Source: Auanema rhodensis (taxonomy: Eukaryota; Animalia; Nematoda). From it: a DNA stretch of 64,000 nt. The DNA is taken from positions 10,106,001 to 10,170,000 of the forward strand of contig OZ059895.1 of the NCBI GenBank assembly GCA_964057225.1, read 5' to 3'. Under the pieces are notes generated by a model. The model had not been told where the DNA came from. It saw only the letters and a list, made by a program, of their open reading frames with translations, and did no database searches. A program made the position numbers and the translations under genes. The stretch's first letter is position 1, and each line of letters begins with the position of its first letter. Shown piece after piece: positions 58,401 to 64,000 of this stretch.

Positions 58401-61400
58401 TAAACAATGTTTGTTTCGATAGGAAATAGATAGAAACAGTAAAGTTAAGATGAAGGTTCATTACCTACTCGTTTATAACTGCAATATAGAAATAAGATTG
58501 AAGATAATTTGCTCTCGTTTGGTTGAGCTATCTAAGTAAAACTGCTTGAAAATTGAAAACATTTGTTACGGTAGAGATAAAAATGAAAATCAGCTGTATG
58601 GCGTACTTTCAACGTGGTATGGTCGTAAGCGAAAATATCTGATATTCAATGGTTTACCTACTTATCCTCGTTTTAGTTTTTTTTCAAATTTTATGTTAGT
58701 TATGTAATTTTCCACGTTCCATCAGGATCCCTCGATGATATCAAATCTTATGAGCTCCAAATACAATAAATTAAAAAAGTTTTCATAGTTGTATAGTGTT
58801 TAAACAATGTTTGTTTCGATAGGAAATAGATAGAAACAGTAAAGTTAAGATGAAGGATCAATAACTACTGGTTAATAACTGTAATATAGAAATAAGATTG
58901 AAGATAATTTGCTTTCCTTTGGTTGAGCTATCTAAGTAAAACTGCTTGAAAATTGAAAACATTTGTTACGGAAGAGATAAAATTGAAATTCAGCTGTATG
59001 GCGTACTTTCAACGTAGTATGGTCATAAGAGAAAATATCTGATATTCAATGGTTAACATACTTATCCTCGTTATAATTTTTTTTCCAATTTTATGTTAGT
59101 TATGTAATTTTCCACGTTCCATATGGAACCCTCGATGATATCAAATTTTATGAGCTCCAAATGCAATAAATTAAGAAGGTTTCACAGTTGCATAGTGTTT
59201 AAACAATGTTTGTTTCGATAGGAAATAGATAGAAACAGTAAAGTTAAGATGAAGGTTCAATAAGTACTGGTTTATAACTGTAACATAGAAATAAGATTGA
59301 AGATAATTTGCTTTCCTTTGGTTGAGCTATCTAAGTAAAACTGCTTGAAAATTGGAAACATTTGTTACGGAAAAGATAAAATTGAAATTCAGCTGTATGG
59401 CGTACTTTCAACGTAGTATGGTCGTAAGAGAAAATATCTGATATTCAATGGTTAACATACTTATCCTCGTTTTAGTTTTTTTTCCAATTTCATGTTAGTT
59501 ATGTAATTTTCCACGTTCCATATGGAACCCTCGATGATATCAAATTTTATGAGCTCCAAATGCAATAAATTAAGAAGGTTTCACAGTTGCATAGTGTTTA
59601 AACAATGTTTGTTTCGATAGGAAATAGATAGAAACAGTAAAGTTAAGATGAAGGTTCAATAAGTACTGGTTTATAACTGTAACATAGAAATAAGATTGAA
59701 GATAATTTGCTTTCCTTTGGTTGAGCTATCTAAGTAAAACTGCTTGAAAATTGGAAACATTTGTTACGGAAAAGATAAAATTGAAATTCAGCTGTATGGC
59801 GTACTTTCAACGTAGTATGGTCGTAAGAGAAAATATCTGATATTCAATGGTTAACATACTTATCCTCGTTTTAGTTTTTTTTCCAATTTCATGTTAGTTA
59901 TGTAATTTTCCACGTTCCATCAGGATCCCTCGATGATATCAAATCTTATGAGCTCCAAATACAATAAATTAAAAAAGGTTTCACAGTTGCATAGTGTTTA
60001 AACAATGTTTGTTTCGATAGGAAAAAGATAAAAACAGTAAAGTCAAGACGAAGGTTCATTACCTACTCGTTTATAACTGCAATATAGAAATAAGATTGAA
60101 TATAATTTGCTTTCTTTTGGTTGAGCTATCTAAGTAAAACTGCTTGAAAATTGAAAACATTTGTTACGGAAGAGATAAATTTTAAAATCAGCTGTATGGC
60201 GTACTTTCAACGTAGTATTGTCGTAAGAGAAAATATCTGATATTCAATGGTTAACATACTTATCCTCGTTTTAGTTTTTTTTCCAATTCCATGTTAGTTA
60301 TGTAATTTTCCACGTTTCATCAGGATCCCTCGTTGATATCAAATCTTATGAGCTCCAAATACAATAAATTGAAAAAGGTTTCACAGTTGCATAGTGTTTG
60401 AACAATGTTTGTTTCGATAGGAAAAAAATAAAAACAATGAAGTCAAGACAAAGGTTCATTACCCACTGGTTTATAACTGCAATATAGAAATAAGATTGAA
60501 GATAATTTGCTCTCGTTTGGTTCAGCTATCTAAGTTAAAATGCTTGAAAATTGAAAACATTTGTTACGGAAGAGATAAAATCAAAAATCAGCTGTATGGC
60601 GTACTTTCAACAAAGTATGGTCGTAAGAGAAAATATCTGATATTCAATGGTTAACATACTTATTCTCGTTATAGTTTTTTTTCCAATTTTATGTTAGTTA
60701 TGTAATTTTTCACGTTCCATCTGGAACCCTCGATGATATCAAATCTTATGAGCTCCAAATACAATAAATTGAGAAAGGTTTCACAGTTGCATAGTGTTTA
60801 AACAATGTTTGTTTCGATAGGAAAAAGATAAAAACAGTAAATTCAAGACGAAGGTTCATTACCTACTCGTTTATAACTGCAATATAGAAATAAGATTGAA
60901 TATAATTTGCTTTCCTTTGGTTGAGCTATCTAAGTAAAACTGCTTGAAAATTGAAAACATTTGTTACGGTAGAGATAAAAATGAAAATCAGCTGTATGGC
61001 GTACTTTCAACGTAGTATGGTCGTAAGAGAAATTATCTGATATTCAATGGTTAACATACTTATCCCCGTTATAGTTTTTTTTCCAATTTCATGTTAGTTA
61101 TGTATTTTTCCACGTTCCATCTGGATCCCTCGATGATATCAAATTTTATGAGCTCCAAATATAATAAATTAAAAAAGGTTTCACAGTTGTATAGTGTTTA
61201 AACAATGTTTGTTTCGATAGGAAATAGATAGAAACAGTAAAGTTAAGATGAAGGATCAATAACTACTGGTTAATAACTGTAATATAGAAATAAGATTGAA
61301 GATAATTTGCTTTCCTTTGGTTGAGCTATCTAAGTAAAACTGCTTGTAAATTGAAAACATTTGTTACAGAACAGATAAAAATGAAAATCAGCTGTATGGC

Positions 61401-64000
61401 GTACTTTCAACGTAGTATGGTCGTAAGAGAAATTATCTGATATTTAATGGTTAACATACTTATCCCCGTTATAGTTTTTTTTCCAATTTCATGTTAGTTA
61501 TGTATTTTTTCACGTTCCATCTGGATCCCTCGATGACATCAAATTTTATGAGCTCCAAATATAAGAAATTAAAAAAGGTTTCACAGTTGTATAGTGTTTA
61601 AACAATGTTTGTTTTGATAGGAAATAGATAGAAACAGTAAAGTCAAGACGAAGGTTCATTACCTAATGGTTTATAACTGTAATATAGAAATAAGATTAAA
61701 GATAATTTGCTTTCCTTTGGTTGAGCTATCTAAGTAAAACTGCTTGAAAATTGAAAACATTTGTTACGGAAGAGATAAATTTGAAAATCAGCTGTATGGC
61801 GTACTTTCAACGTAGTATTGTCGTAAGAGAAAATATCTGATATTCAATGGTTAACATACTTATCCTCGTTTTAGTTTTTTTTCCAATTCCATGTTAGTTA
61901 TGTAATTTTCCACGTTTCATCAGGATCCCTCGTTGATATCAAATCATATGAGCTCCAAGTACAATAAATTGAAAAAGGTTTCACAGTTGCATAGTGTTTG
62001 AACAATGTTTGTTTCGATAGGAAAAAAATAAAAACAATGAAGTCAAGACAAAGGTTCATTACCCACTGGTTTATAACTGCAATATAGAAATAAGATTGAA
62101 GATAATTTGCTCTCGTTTGGTTCAGCTATCTAAGTTAAAATGCTTGAAAATTGAAAACATTTGTTACGGAAGAGATAAAATCAAAAATCAGCTGTATGGC
62201 GTACTTTCAACAAAGTATGGTCGTAAGAGAAAATATCTGATATTCAATGGTTAACATACTTATTCTCGTTATAGTTTTTTTTCCAATTTTATGTTAGTTA
62301 TGTAATTTTTCACGTTCCATCTGGAACCCTCGATGATATCAAATCTTATGAGCTCCAAATACAATGAATTGAGAAAGGTTTCACAGTTGCATAGTGTTTA
62401 AACAATGTTTGTTTCGATAGGAAAAAGATAAAAACAGTAAATTCAAGACGAAGGTTCATTACCTACTCGTTTATAACTGCAATATAGAAATAAGATTGAA
62501 TATAATTTGCTTTCCTTTGGTTGAGCTATCTAAGTAAAACTGCTTGAAAATTGAAAACATTTGTTACGGTAGAGATAAAAATGAAAATCAGCTGTATGGC
62601 GTACTTTCAACGTAGTATGGTCGTAAGAGAAATTATCTGATATTCAATGGTTAACATACTTATCCCCGTTATAGTTTTTTTTCCAATTTCATGTTAGTTA
62701 TGTATTTTTCCACGTTCCATCTGGATCCCTCGATGATATCAAATTTTATGAGCTCCAAATATAATAAATTAAAAAAGGTTTCACAGTTGTATAGTGTTTA
62801 AACAATGTTTGTTTCGATAGGAAATAGATAGAAACAGTAAAGTTAAGATGAAGGATCAATAACTACTGGTTAATAACTGTAATATAGAAATAAGATTGAA
62901 GATAATTTGCTTTCCTTTGGTTGAGCTATCTAAGTAAAACTGCTTGAAAATTGAAAACATTTGTTACGGAACAGATAAAAATGAAAATCAGCTGTATGGC
63001 GTACTTTCAACGTAGTATGGTCGTAAGAGAAATTATCTGATATTTAATGGTTAACATACTTATCCCCGTTATAGTTTTTTTTCCAATTTCATGTTAGTTA
63101 TGTATTTTTTCACGTTCCATCTGGATCCCTCGATGATATCAAATTTTATGAGCTCCAAATATAAGAAATTAAAAAAGGTTTCACAGTTGTATAGTGTTTA
63201 AACAATGTTTGTTTTGATAGGAAATAGATAGAAACAGTAAAGTCAAGACGAAGGTTCATTACCTAATGGTTTATAACTGTAATATAGAAATAAGATTAAA
63301 GATAATTTGCTTTCCTTTGGTTGAGCTATCTAAGTAAAACTGCTTGAAAATTGAAAACATTTGTTACGGAAGAGATAAATTTGAAAATCAGCTGTATGGC
63401 GTACTTTCAACGTAGTATTGTCGTAAGAGAAAATATCTGATATTCAATGGTTAACATACTTATCCTCGTTTTAGTTTTTTTTCCAATTCCATGTTAGTTA
63501 TGTAATTTTCCACGTTTCATCAGGATCCCTCGTTGATATCAAATCATATGAGCTCCAAGTACAATAAATTGAAAAAGGTTTCACAGTTGCATAGTGTTTG
63601 AACAATGTTTGTTTCGATAGGAAAAAAATAAAAACAATGAAGTCAAGACAAAGGTTCATTACCCACTGGTTTATAACTGCAATATAGAAATAAGATTGAA
63701 GATAATTTGCTCTCGTTTGGTTCAGCTATCTAAGTTAAAATGCTTGAAAATTGAAAACATTTGTTACGGAAGAGATAAAATCAAAAATCAGCTGTATGGC
63801 GTACTTTCAACAAAGTATGGTCGTAAGAGAAAATATCTGATATTCAATGGTTAACATACTTATCCTCGTTATAGTTTTTTTCCAATTTTATGTTAGTTAT
63901 GTAATTTTCCACGTTCCATCTGGAACCCTCGATGATATCAAATCTTATGAGCTCCAAATACAATAAATTGAGAAAGGTTTCACAGTTGCATAGTGTTTAA
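43491..64000 (-). repeat. 400-bp 5S-derived satellite, ~51 units, inverted relative to the left array, no intact 5S
   Basis: Exact 400-bp period (e.g. TGATATTCAA at 48241, 48641, 49041). Each unit has only the reverse complement of 5S nt 1-33. Confidence 0.97.

Overview
AT-rich nematode DNA (inferred from the nematode-type 5S rRNA, ~45-nt introns and TTTCAG/TTGCAG acceptors), consisting of a 5S rDNA/satellite locus filled with retroelements. Positions 1-18334 are a + strand tandem array mixing 530-bp units that carry a full 5S gene with 400-bp units that keep only the first ~33 nt of 5S. One 5S gene is split by an apparently intact 10.2-kb BEL/Pao LTR element (1738-11945, minus strand). That element has identical 330-bp LTRs, a GGGCC target duplication, a tRNA-Arg PBS and one gag-pol-env ORF ending in a phlebovirus Gc-like glycoprotein. 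Between env and the 3' LTR it carries two accessory genes: a sense 153-aa coiled-coil/triple-zinc-knuckle/basic-tail protein (CERV/Rev-like candidate) and an antisense three-exon 100-aa gene that the ORF track misses. This complex-retrovirus-like arrangement is the main candidate for an undescribed system. Positions 18335-30936 hold about 2.5 copies of a 5286-bp composite unit (pol-less gypsy-like LTR-gag-env remnant, hAT fragments, variant 5S). Positions 32.1-42.6 kb hold three rearranged copies of one CR1-type LINE, including a twin-priming-type 5' inversion and a ~3-kb inverted duplication. From 43.5 kb to the end, the 400-bp 5S-derived satellite runs in the opposite orientation (~51 units, no intact 5S). 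All comparisons were made by eye and no database searches were run.
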